Shown here one piece after another: positions 1-16,045 of a stretch of 64,000 bases of DNA. How positions within the stretch are numbered: position 1 is the first letter of the stretch; every line of letters begins with the position of its first letter. A program made the position numbers and the translations under genes. Origin of the DNA: Paraspadella gotoi (Eukaryota; Animalia; Chaetognatha); assembly GCA_051294375.1 (NCBI GenBank), contig CM119263.1, positions 12,191,130-12,255,129 on the forward strand, in the 5' to 3' direction. The notes below the pieces were generated by a model. It searched no databases, was not told the origin of the DNA, and saw only the letters and a list, made by a program, of their open reading frames with translations.

Positions 1-160
1 TGATGTAATAGTAATTGATTGATTGATCTAATAGTAATTGATTGATAGATATAAATATAATTGATTGATAGATTTAATAGTAATTAATTGATGAAATTGT
101 AATTGATTGATTGATGTAATAGTAATTGATTGATTGATCTAATAGTAATTGATTGATTCG
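1..160. repeat. Low-complexity ATTG/GATT-rich satellite-like tract
   Basis: Repeating 'aatagtaattgattgattgat' units; related ATCA/ATTG tracts occur near 20000-20310, 31080-31270 and 46030-46180. Confidence 0.7.
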
Positions 161-616
161 CCGGTCTGGCGATATAAAAAACTAAGTCAAAGAAGATACC
201 TATAACTGACTAGTTCAAACTGAGCGAATACAACGCACAACTTTCGCTTAATTGGGTAGCTAATGAAGAAAGAATTTATTTTATTTTCGAGAAAGCACCA
301 CCCGAGAAAACTGCCGGCGGCCGACAGTTAAATTTTTTCTAGTTGTAAAAAATTAATGTATTTCTAACTGTAAACCCGGACTAAGGTGTCTCGTCAAAGA
401 AATTGAGCTGAGCAGCTATCTTAACCAACAAAATTTGGACTACCAAAACTAAAAAATCTCTTTCGATTTGTGATTCGGGTTTCATGATTTATATTTATTT
501 TTATTTATATTCTTCACAATTATTTAATATTATTTTATATTACATTTTAAAAAAATGATATAAAGACATTTTAAATATTTTAACACAACTCCATTTTAGA
601 GTAAAAATACACTAAC

Positions 617-4624
<4,008 letters not shown>

Positions 4625-5239
4625 TTTCAACGATCGACTAAAGGAGACTCTTCTCTCGAAAGATGGCGCTGCAGCGGAACAGTTGGGGAAGGCCGCATCC
4701 GCCGCCGACGCCGCAGCCGCCGCCAAAATCATCGGGTCATAACATCCTCCGGGTTATGAGTTCTTTTCTTTCTCCGTTTGTTTCGGAAACTTCCACTCAA
4801 GGAGGCTATTGAACAGTTTGTTTTTGTTTTTGTTTTTTGTTGTTGTATTTTTGTTTTTTGCTTTTTTTTGGCTTTTTTTCAGAAAATAAAATTTAAAAGT
4901 TTTTTCGATGGTTGTTTCGGCCAAAAAACATTTTTTTAAACTGCAATGAATATATTTTTCTTATAAGCGTTTATTTTTAATAAGTATATATAAATGAAAG
5001 AAGCAGATCGAGATAGAGAAAAATAGACGATGGAAAAAACAATCAGTACATCAAATAAGGCAACAGTTATTTTCCCAAAACATTTTATTTCAACTTAAAT
5101 TGGGGATTTTAAACTTTTTTAGACTTAGGGATAAGGGATTAGGGATTAAGGTTGAAGCTTATAGATTAGCGTTATGGGTTTAGTTTGTTATTAAATTAGG
5201 GTCAAATATTAGGGTTAAAATTAAGTTCAGGGGTTAAGG

Positions 5240-5425
5240 AACAGAAATAGGGCGCTTCTGGAGGAAAGTCATTCGCCTCCCAAGTCCCAACACAAAGGTC
5301 CGGGGTTCTAGGTCGGTGGTCGTCCTTGCAGTTAAGAGGGAAGGAACCCTTAACCCGCCTATAAAAGGGTGTTACATCCTGATCAGGGACTGCTTATATT
5401 GAGCGGTTCAGTCACTTATAACAAT
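5240..5425 (+). mobile_element. Possible SINE-like repeat remnant
   Basis: GC-richer island without a convincing ORF, ending in cttatattgagcggttcagtcacttataacaattattac, next to degenerate TTAGGG-like repeats (5120-5240). No clear tRNA head. Confidence 0.25.
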
Positions 5426-6502
5426 TATTACTGTCTCTTCAAATTGTCTTCTTTTTTTTCTTAAAAAGTTAATTGTTCAACGTACACTGTCGACGACCAA
5501 GATTGACGTCGAGACAACCGACGAGGATTAAATGAAGTTGATCGAAGAAACTAAAACTCCTTGAGCGACGGAGAAAATGAAAAAAATATAAGTGAGAGGA
5601 AAAATAGATTGATATCGCCACTATTACATTTAATCTTTTAAACTGTTTTTTTTTTTATTCTGTTATAGCAGTCGAATCAGCAGTTTAACCCTCATCGTTG
5701 ACTGTTGCTTTAAGATTTTATCTTCGTGGCGAAAAAAAAAGTTTGTTTTGTTTCTTTGGGTCGGTCGGTCGGTCGCAAATCGCGATACGATCGCTCGCCA
5801 AAGTTTCTTACGGTCATCGACGAGAGCCGAGACGACGAGAGAGACGATGTCGAGAGAGAAGATGAAGACGACGAGGACGATGACGAAAGCTCGGATTAAA
5901 CATCGCCCAGTCGACGATGGAGAACAACAAGACGCTGATGAAGATGATGACGGCGATGACCGCGAGGACGAGGATCTTGCGTTGATGTTCTCAAATCGCC
6001 AAGGCAGCCTCTTCGATCGTTGAGAAGAGAGTTGGCAATCGTGAGTCACGTTCACTTTTTTTTTTTTTTACTTTTCACCTTCTCACATCGACGCAACGTA
6101 AGCGCTTCACATCCCCACGAGTTGGCTTTGCCCCGGATACCCAGTCTTAATAATTTTTTTCCTTCATCTCAATCTACCTGATTCAGACGACTCCAACTTG
6201 GATTCACGTTCACCGCCAGTTGAGGACGATTCACCGTTTCAATTCTTCTCCGCCATTCGAATTCACCCCAGATTTTCCCGTCAAATGGCCAATTCACCCA
6301 GTTTCGTGTATTCATTTCTTCAGCAAACAGAGCTGCCCCCTCTTCATCTCGCGATCGTGCATCCCCCTCGGATTTTTTATATCAATTTTCGCCCGAAGAG
6401 GTTTGAATTAAAAAATGAGGGGAAAAAATAAAGAAAAAGAAAGAAATCCTTGCCCGAATAAAAAAAGAAAAAAGGGAAAACAGCAAAAACAAAGAAAGAA
6501 AA

Positions 6503-6546
<44 letters not shown>

Positions 6547-7263
6547 AGAAAAAAGAAAAAAGAAAAAAGAAAAAAGAAAAAAGAAAAGAAAAGAAAAGAA
6601 AAGAAAAGAAAAGAAAAGAAAAGAAAAGAAAAGAAGACAGAAAGACAAAAAATAAAGAAAAGAAAGAAGTTTCGAAAAGAAAAAAAGTAGAAAAAAGATA
6701 AATCAAAATAATATTAAATAGAAATAGCATGATACAGAAAACCAGTGTGAGGAACAGCGGATGCGTTGCTGCATCTGTTGCTGAACGATGCTGCTGCGGC
6801 GGTGTTGGAGTGGCTGTGGTTTTGAAAGCTGAACGAGTGAAAACTTTGTTCGAAATCCGTTTAGATTAAAAAGAAAGTTTTCTCCTACAAAAATGTATAG
6901 CAGAGAATGATCCTCAAAAGTTAAAAGAAAGATCCAATATAAACGAACCGAACCTTTTTAAGTCATATTGGGCAAGCGGACAGAATGGTCTCGTTATTAG
7001 ATTTATAGCTTCGGGGACCTTTTACATATTTTTTTTTTGGTAACATTGTTACATATATCTGTTAAATCAGTTAACAGATGAAAAGAAAAACAACAATAAC
7101 AATGAAGATCTTAAGTAGTGCTTAATTGCTTTTATATCGAAATCGAAATGAATGGAATTCGGTGAATGCGTTGTCAAAAGGATAATTGTATTCGGTATGA
7201 ACAAAGTTGAAAAAAAAAATTCGCTAATGAATTCAGTTCGGATTGGGACGATAGCCAGAGATA

Positions 7264-7361
<98 letters not shown>

Positions 7362-7874
7362 GAGAGGGAGACGAACAAATAATCCAATAAACGTTACAGG
7401 AAAAGAGAAAAACTGATTGTTCAATGCTCATAACTGGAATGCTTTTATGCTTAATATATGCTTATATCCCTTTGGTTGACTGTCTTTCTACGATTCACCC
7501 ATCAAGTAATTATTTTACAAATTGACAGATGAACCAACTATAAATATCTTAAATACTTTTTACGGTTACAACAAAATCATTATTTTTAATTTTGGTTTTG
7601 TGCAATTTAAATTGACGTCCCTGACAATTTAATTTGATTGATTGATTCCCAAAATTGCGAAATCACAGCAGTAGTTCTTTGTAATTCTCTAAAAATTTCG
7701 TGGATTCGCATATATTTATAAAGGTTTTTATTGTAAAATATGCCGTTGGATGTGACACAATCTGCGAAGGGTGCGTCATATTGTCGTATTTACTGAATCG
7801 TAAATTCGGTTTCTTTTTTGTTTAACTCGAAACGTGGAATTCGGTGATCCGAGTGGAACCGAATCCTCTTCTAG

Positions 7875-8517
7875 CTGGAGCCGAGGCGAGCCGACGATCA
7901 AGAGCCCGTCTCGCCGGGTACTGGGGTGGTCCGTGGGGGTTCGCGACGGTCCGTTGTGTTCTGTGCGGGCCGTGAAACGTTATTGGTGGAGCATAAAAGG
8001 TAAAGATTGTCGCTCTCGGAGAAGAGGAAAGGTTTGCAGTTTATGACATCAAGCGAGCAAAGATCTGATGGCTATAATTCAGTAAAAAAAGGAATAAGAA
8101 AACGGAATCAAAGCGGACCAATTATGAATTTAAGTTGGGGCATTAAGATACTTGAGAGAATACATATTAGTGACAATGAAAATAGTAAGTAAATCGATCG
8201 GGAAAGCATAATTCAAAAATCGTGAACGTTATCACTGGCATGTTTACTTAATGATTAAGACAATTCTGAATTCATGCGAGTGAGAGAGAATGCAGCAGAA
8301 AAAGAGAGANNNNNNNNNNGAGAGAGAGAGATTGCTCACTGTATCCAGGTCCGAGACGAAACGAGAGGCATTCACAATGGTTTTGCCCGACGGCAGCTGG
8401 AGAAGCCGAAACCCCCAGGTAAACAGTCACCTCGCAAATATGCTTCTCTGTCGGCCACAAGATTACCCGTTCATCGATGACGACGAGGACGACGACTATG
8501 GCAACACTGGTCATTAG
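7875..8517 (+). CDS. Putative last two exons of an unrecognised protein
   Basis: Exons 7875-7999 and 8349-8517 join in phase (LEPRRADDQEPVSPG...EHKR/SETKREAFTMVLPDGSWRSRNPQ...YPFIDDDEDDDYGNTGH*). No start exon and no known domain identified. Confidence 0.3.
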
Positions 8518-8982
8518 GCTACATAAACATCTTTTAACTCTTCAATACGAAAATTCTCACGAGAGTAAGAAAAAACAGACTGATCTTTACTTGAGCTGCT
8601 GTTTCAATAATGGCTTATTAGAAAAAGGTGATGGCTTTAGTGTGACGAAGACGGAGTAGATTTGAATATTAAAACAAGTTATAGACGATGAATAAAAAAA
8701 ATCCGAAGGAAGAAGGCGACGCCGATGAATTATATTGACCCGAAGAGACGGGATGAGGAGAGAGCGTAACGGACATCCAAGACGCGAAAACTTGAACGAT
8801 CCCGTGAATTATGAGTCGTACAATAAAATAAACAAAAAAATAATTAATAAAAATCCATAAACAAAAAAGCCGCGAGAAGGAAGAGAAGTCGAAAGGACCT
8901 TTTTCCGATTCTAAAAAAAAAAAAAACTACAATTTTTTTTCTTCATTTCGGTGAAATTTTGAGAGCGAGAAAAGAAAGAAAG

Positions 8983-9089
<107 letters not shown>

Positions 9090-11934
9090 TTAAAGTTAGA
9101 GAGCGAACCCCTGGGTGGATTCGAAATGAGGGACAAGAAGTTTTGAAGGAGGAGGAGGAGGAGGATGAGGAAGAGGAGAAGGAGAAGGAGGAAACCAAAA
9201 AAAAATACATAGACGATTAAAACCATCACTAAAAATCCTCACAGCTGTTCGAATTATTTGCTTCGTTTTGTGGCAGCAGATCACTGCATCATAAAAAGTC
9301 GACATGTCTCGGTTTTTGAATCTTTTTTGCGAAATTCAGAAAAATCGCTTTTCTCTTCCCCCTTTTCCCTCCCACTCTTAACCCACCACTCACTCTCTCC
9401 TAGTTGAGAGCGCATCAAGGGAAAATCTAATCCATTGCCCCGTAGTTAAATCACAAAATCTCTCCGGACTCCGCTTCACAAACGTGTTCTGCTTTATAAA
9501 AATTGTCACTAAGTTTATAGTTTATAATACGAGTTTGAAGTGGGACATTGGAGCATCTTATTATGGTTCAGAAACCCGTTTCACCGTTTCACCCTGTTTC
9601 ACCCCTACCGGTTAAAACCTACGATTTCGAGTTTTCTTTTACAATTTTTAGCTTTGATGATCCTGTATCGAGAGACCGATACCTAATCTCGTTTCCTAAA
9701 ACGCCTTCTAATAGGCTCTACTTACTGCACTTCACTTATATAAGAAATGAAAAGGAAAACAACCGAAATATAACTAAACAACGTCAAATTTCATAGAAAA
9801 GAATTCGAAGTAACACATTAAGTTAAACTTTTGGGAGAATGGTTATGCAATATGCATATTGAGACGATGTAGATTATTAGTAGGAGTAAAAGAAAGCAAT
9901 AATTGAAGGAATAAAGTGTAAAGAGCGGTAGGCAATTATAGGGCGAGAATGTCTCAATCGGGAGCGTAAAGATTAAAGGGAATAGCGAGGGATGATTATC
10001 AGTAAGAGTCAAAAGATTCTCGACGGGGGACGAAACGGCTTTGGGTTTCGGTGAAAGGGGAGTGTCGCGCCCGGTAGATCCCGCTTTCCGAAGTCTTTAG
10101 ATCTGGCTCTCTGGGTCTCTTTTTTCCGAATTATACTATTTTTCGCCATTTTCTTTTTTGTCTTATTAGTGTTGTAGTTCACGGATGAGATACTAAGTTT
10201 TTATATTAAAAAAAAAATGTTTTCAAAGAAAAAAGGAGCTTTAAAACAAAGAGGATTCAGATCCAGTAACTAACTGATAGAATAGATAAAATTAAAATAA
10301 AGATATTTAAATTCTACAAATGTTTTATTCATATTGCATATATTTTATTATTATGTACGCCTATTATTTATTAACAATTATTATTATTATTATTATTTAT
10401 TTTTTAACATGAAACTCACCTCTAAGTGACCTTTAACGCTGAACTCACCCCTAAACCAATACTCATCCCGAAAAAAATTAAAATAACTACAAATAAAAAA
10501 ATTAAAATTAAATTAAGATCAAAATTTTGTCATCGAATCATTGTTTTTTAAAGAAAATATCCCCTCCCTGGACCTTTATTTAAAAAAAAAACCTTTTTTC
10601 TATCTCGATCATCTATATTAAGATATAATTTTTCTATGTATAATATAATAACAATAGTTCAACAATATCAGTCAAAAATGGAAGCTGTTGTTTTGTTTCC
10701 TTTTGCTCATTTTTAATTCTATCTTAGTCAACGAGGAGGCGATAACACGCGGAGTTTGTCGGATGTCCTTGCAACTTGTTCTTTTGAAACCAAACGATTA
10801 ATTATATTTAATTTCATTAGCATTCACTTATATTTTAAAGCTTCTTTCATATATACATGCACTTTGATTCGAATACAACATTGTTGATTCAGTACAACCA
10901 TCATTTACAAACAATACACAATGCCATTAAGTCTAAAAAAGTTTTAAAAAATAATTAAAAAAAGAAAACATTAAGAATTGAAGAAACTTTACAAGCATCA
11001 TAAATTTTAATTCGCACATCCGGCCCGCCAAAGTCGAATGACACAAAGAAATTTTTATCGTGTATGTAAATCAAATATTTAATAAAGATCTCATTAGTTA
11101 AAAATTATTTTGAACGTTTTCATTTTATTTACTACTTTAATTTAAATCCTATTTGTTATTGTTCAGTAAATATCTGAAATTATCATAATGTTTATTGTTT
11201 AAGAAACTTTTAAGATCTAAAACTTAGTGGCACAGCCGCACAAGTAGACCTGCTAATTAATATATATCCTTACTGCAAAATGCAAGGCGTCGAATAGCCT
11301 AATTATCGACTAAAGTTTATGCTGGACGGTTTCATGTCTAATAACGCCCAGAAGTTGGTCAGGAAAATTAATTGTATTTTTACGTATCGTGACCACATTC
11401 AGGACGCCTCTTTACGGTCAACTACCGTTTAATCTGTCTTCATAGTTTCTCTAGCCTTTTGGCGAGAACTTGCCTCTGTGGCTCGGATCTTAGGGTTCTC
11501 TGAGCGTTGACGAACCACTCTTAATACGTAATACGTCTTTACAATATGCACTGCATATTATGCAGTATTTTTCATATAAGTAGACTTTATATTTATATAA
11601 ATTTGATTTTTTTTTTTTGAACTTTTAAACGCGAGTAAGTAAATATATAAAATATTTTTAAAAATTTTGTAAAGACCAAAAAGAAAAAAAATTCGAGAGA
11701 CACGAAATGCGACCCGGATATTCTCTCCATAAAGTTCCTTTTTAATCCTTTCTTCTCGTCTCTTCATCCGGTTTGAGCGATCTCTGTTTTCCTTCAAAAT
11801 CTTATCCCTCCCTTTCCTTTTTCCATGCTCCTTTCCTTCTTTTCTTTTCTTTTCCGGCTTCGATTTTCCTTTTTTTTCGCTCATCGACGTCATCCTGCTC
11901 CACTTCCTTTCTCGATGATCTCCTCCCCAGATAA

Positions 11935-12004
<70 letters not shown>

Positions 12005-12789
12005 GACCATTCCATTTTAAATTACTCGCGAAGTCGTAATCTAGATCAAAATTCCCCGTCTTCTTCATCCCGGTCCTCGTCGTTTATTGTGTCATAGATG
12101 AGTATAATTTTCGTCACTTCCTCGAGTTATACGCCGAACGAGGTCTCTTCGATTCCGTACATTGTCTTCCTTTCGTGCCTTTGACCCTGAGGGCCGGCCG
12201 CTTCGTCCGCTTCCTCGTCGTCGTCGCCTGTTTATGGCTCATTTTTCTTTCTTTATTTTCTTCTTTATTTTAGATTTCCTTTCGACTCTTCCACGAATTT
12301 TTTTATTTCCATGATTTTTATATGTTCTCTATGATTTTCTCTATCTACGATCGTCATCTAACACTCGTCACCAAAAACTAAATTGACACGGCTTTTAGTT
12401 TCAAGCATTGTTCTGCCTAATGTATGTACGTTTTTGAAGCCAAGGCTTCGTTTCTAAAAAAAAAATCATACAATTTTACTTTATTTGTATTGATAAAGAT
12501 AAGTAAATCTATGGTTGGATATTTGAAACGTTAAATTTTTTATATTTTTTATATTTTTCATATTTTTTTAAAAATATTTTTCATATTTTTCATATTTTTT
12601 ATATTTCTTATATTTTTTATTTTTCGAAAAGAAACATTTGTGCATAATGCCATAGAAAAATATCACGTCAATCTTCTTTCGACGACCATCACCAGCTTGA
12701 GGTTGTTCAAGCTCATATCGGAATCATTCTCTCTTTCTTCTCGCCGATCGGGGAACTCCCTCCTCGTACTCCTCTTCTCGCGCCCGACC

Positions 12790-13690
12790 ATGCACCTTCT
12801 TCGGCCCAATCGAGGCGGCACAAACCGCAGCGGCACAAACCGCGGCGGCCAGAAGCGGGCCAACAAACAAAACCACCGCGAACGCATCGAGATTCAGTCT
12901 AAAGTGACTCAGAAGGTCGGCGAATACCTCAGAGACGGCGTCGTGGCGCTGAGAGACGTCGTCCCTCGCGACAAGCTCGAGCAACTCGCCAGCGCTGCCA
13001 ATCAAGTAAACGATTCCACGTATTTCAGATTGTTACTGTGTAATTCCTACATTATTATAACTTTCAATCCACTATTATGAAATATTAGGAAATATATAAA
13101 TGAATTATTTATATTTCTTAATTTTAAAATCATTTCAGTCATTCGAGAATTGTTATATTCTACAATCAGGTCCTCTCAGATCCTAGCCCGCTCCACGATC
13201 GGGTAAAGTCGAGCGACGGAGGAAGCCTCGTCTCTCGCGACTACAATAACTGGAAAAATCATCCTCACCTCGAATCCTTCGTGACTGAGTCTCCAGCCGC
13301 CTTCATGGTCTGCACCCTCATGGAGGCCAAGGTTAGTTAGTAGCGAGGTGGGATTGTTGTGAATCCCAGAAGAGAGCTTTTCACTGCTTCGTTTTTTCTT
13401 CTCGCTCAGTTTGTTACTTTCTATCACGATATGATTGAGAGCAAAGGAGGGGGAATCTTTCCCACCATGGAAACCTGGCGACAAGATCAGGCGCTTTTTC
13501 CTCTCGACGGCGACAAGGTAACGTAACTTCTTCGCACTTAATATTACTTGTAGGTAGAATTTTGTCTTGCATATATTTCTTTCTCTCTCTCTCTCTCTCC
13601 TCTCCCTCTCTCCTCTCTCTCTCTCTCTCTTCTCTCTCTCTCCTCTCTTTCTTCGCTCTCTCTTCTCTCTTCTCTCTCTCCTCTCCTCTC

Positions 13691-13728
<38 letters not shown>

Positions 13729-14781
13729 TCTCTCTCTCCTCTCTCTCCCTCCCTCTACTCTCTCACTCTCCTGTCTTTCCAGGTTTGCTCAATGTGGATC
13801 CCCTTCAAACAGTACCAATTGAAAAATGTCCGCGATTTGCGAAAGGCAGTCATCTTTGGGGCCAATGGTTCTACCCGCATAAAACCTCTAGACGGGAATT
13901 TCTAAAATACATTCGCGAGTACGAAGGTAATCGTAGGTTTTACGGGTACATTGTAAAATTAACTAGACATAGTTTGTCTTGAGCCAAAAACTAAAAGAAT
14001 ACTAAAAAAAATAAATTAAGGCTACGTCGGCAGAATTTACGAATGCCCTCCCGAACAATTAGACCCGAGGCAATTGGTTTTTCAAACCGAAATAAAGGTA
14101 TTAATTATTGATCCAGGTATTATGTCGCTATTACTGATTGGNNNNNNNNNNATTCAATATATTATTATTTATATATTTATGGAGCCCGGTGACGTCATCA
14201 TCTATCACATGCGCGTTTTGAATTCGTTTTCGCCCAATGATAACTCAACGAGGAAATCAATCACTCTCAGATTTTGCGGTTTGTCGGGGAAAATAATCAT
14301 TCCCATTGAAATAATAAAATGGATGGAGGATTGCTCATTCAATTCCGCCCATCCGTTAAAATATTCGGCACAGGCGACGACGCGACCTTCGCCAGGCGAC
14401 CGTGGAAGATTCAGCCAATGATTCACAATGACCTCAAGCCCGGTGATCCATTTATCGACGAAGTCTTTCCGAAGGTCAGGATTGCAGAGTTGACGGTTCG
14501 TTTACCCATATATTTTAGATCGCCACTATTTTTATTCATAGCCAAGGTGAGACGACGACTGATGATAAGAACGATGATTATGCCGATGATGTCACAAATA
14601 TTTTCTACAGGTCTACGACGAGATGGAGAAAAGGCGCCAGGAAGACGCCGAACTCGTCTACTTTCAAAACGAAACGGACGTCGACAAACGACTGCGGAGA
14701 ACGATACCGCCAAAGAGGAAGCATCACGACGACGAAGTAGAAGTCGGCATTCAAGATCTTGAGTTCCCCGAGGACGAGTGA
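12790..14781 (+). CDS. Phytanoyl-CoA dioxygenase (PhyH)-family Fe(II)/2OG dioxygenase homologue, apparently catalytically inactive, with one apparent frameshift
   Basis: Spliced motifs: YLRDGVVALRDVV; FYHDMIESK...TWRQDQALFPLDGDK; VCSMWIP(L)QTVPIEKCPRFAKGSHLWG; PGDVIIYHMRVLN...RKSITLRFCGDDATFARRPW. A 1-nt loss in the C-run at 13800-13803 shifts the frame. Confidence 0.8.
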
Positions 14782-15234
14782 TTTAATTTAATATATCGGA
14801 GGGAGCTCGCCCGGAAAACAGTCTCAAGTTTGGGCAAGTTGTGTATTTAAAGCTGTTTTAAATAAATCAAAAAATGATCTCTTTCTCATATTTTATAGAA
14901 TTTTTATGACTTGCCCCTACTTTAGTCTAATTTAATCTTATTAGTGGAAAGAGATCCTCTGTGATACTGTCGTAATAGAAATTAAATGTCTTTCTTCTTT
15001 TAGTTTTAGTCATTTTCGTAAATCGAAGATGGGACGGCTCATTCTTATTATTATTAACTTATTATAAATTATATGTATAATTATGCCGTTTTGTTGTTTG
15101 TGCTATATTAGGACTGAATTTTGCTTTAAAAAGGTGAAGGTTTTTTTTGTATATTCTTATACCGGCCGATATAGAATAATGGGAATATTCCTAATCTTAA
15201 GTTTCATGTAAATCGGATCACGAATATAGAAAAT

Positions 15235-15770
15235 ATTAGCAAAAATCTTTGTGAAATCCGCCCCTTTGATGGAAGATTTTTGCTCTAACAGATTTTCGCC
15301 GAATCTGACTTTTGGTTGAAAACTCTTAGAATTCCGACCACTAGCTTCTCTTATGGAGGACTTTTATTTTATTTTATTTTATTTTTGGTATAAATAAAAA
15401 TTCCCTTTAACCTGATAGTATCATATTAAAAAAACTAAATTAAAATGTAAAAAAAAAATTTTGAGAGCCCCTCAGACACTGGGTCAGAGGATTCCTGTAT
15501 TTGAGGTGATTGGTTCATTTGTTCATTTTTATATAAAATCAGAGATGAAAAAACTTTCTGTTTCGGAGTAGTTTATTTGTCCTGGCTTGTTTGATCTCAA
15601 AATGTTGGTTATTTGACAAGAGAAAAAAAATGCGAGTACTTCAGATGAAACTAATAGAATCGATTGTTTTTTTATCTTTTTTATTTTTTTTACAGCAATT
15701 TTTCTCAGGGGCGTTTATAAAGTTTGGTAGTCATATTTGAATGAAAATCTCCATTGAAAAAAACATTCTC
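15235..15770. repeat. Interspersed repeat (non-autonomous element), copy 1
   Basis: Colinear similarity to 39530-40220 (e.g. ggaagatttttgc, gaatctgact, tagaattccga, ggttatttgacaagagaaaaaaaatgc, aaatctccattgaaaaaa). Confidence 0.75.
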
Positions 15771-16045
15771 GATTACTACACCTACTATACTTCATCTCAT
15801 ATCTTTTTCCGTTCATTTAGTTTGCACTTCATTAAAAAAAATAGACGTGTTTGGTAAATTTTGCATTTTTTATTATACGTAAACTGCTTTCAACCACAAC
15901 TTCAACTACAACTATAAAAACTTGATTCAAAATAAATAATTTGGAGACCTTGGGAGATATTGTCTCGAACCTAAAGTTAAAGATGGACTAACATTAAAAA
16001 GAAAGGGACATCCCCGACCTTTCCTTCAATCCCAGTTCCTTTTCG

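Noticed and set aside
5120-5240. TTAGGG-like repeats (also 36610-36830) as telomere or interstitial telomere
   Set aside because: Highly degenerate, short and internal; more consistent with low-complexity parts of repeats.
6377-7431. Long Lys/Arg-rich, Phe-rich and SLSL ORFs (also 8911-9229, 38321-38797, 57176-59856)
   Set aside because: Translations of GAAA, GA and CT microsatellites, not real coding sequence.
11440-12070. Minus-strand KWFVNAQR resembling TALE homeodomain helix 3
   Set aside because: The best spliced ORF is only about 40 aa, with no helix 1/2 and no basic tail.
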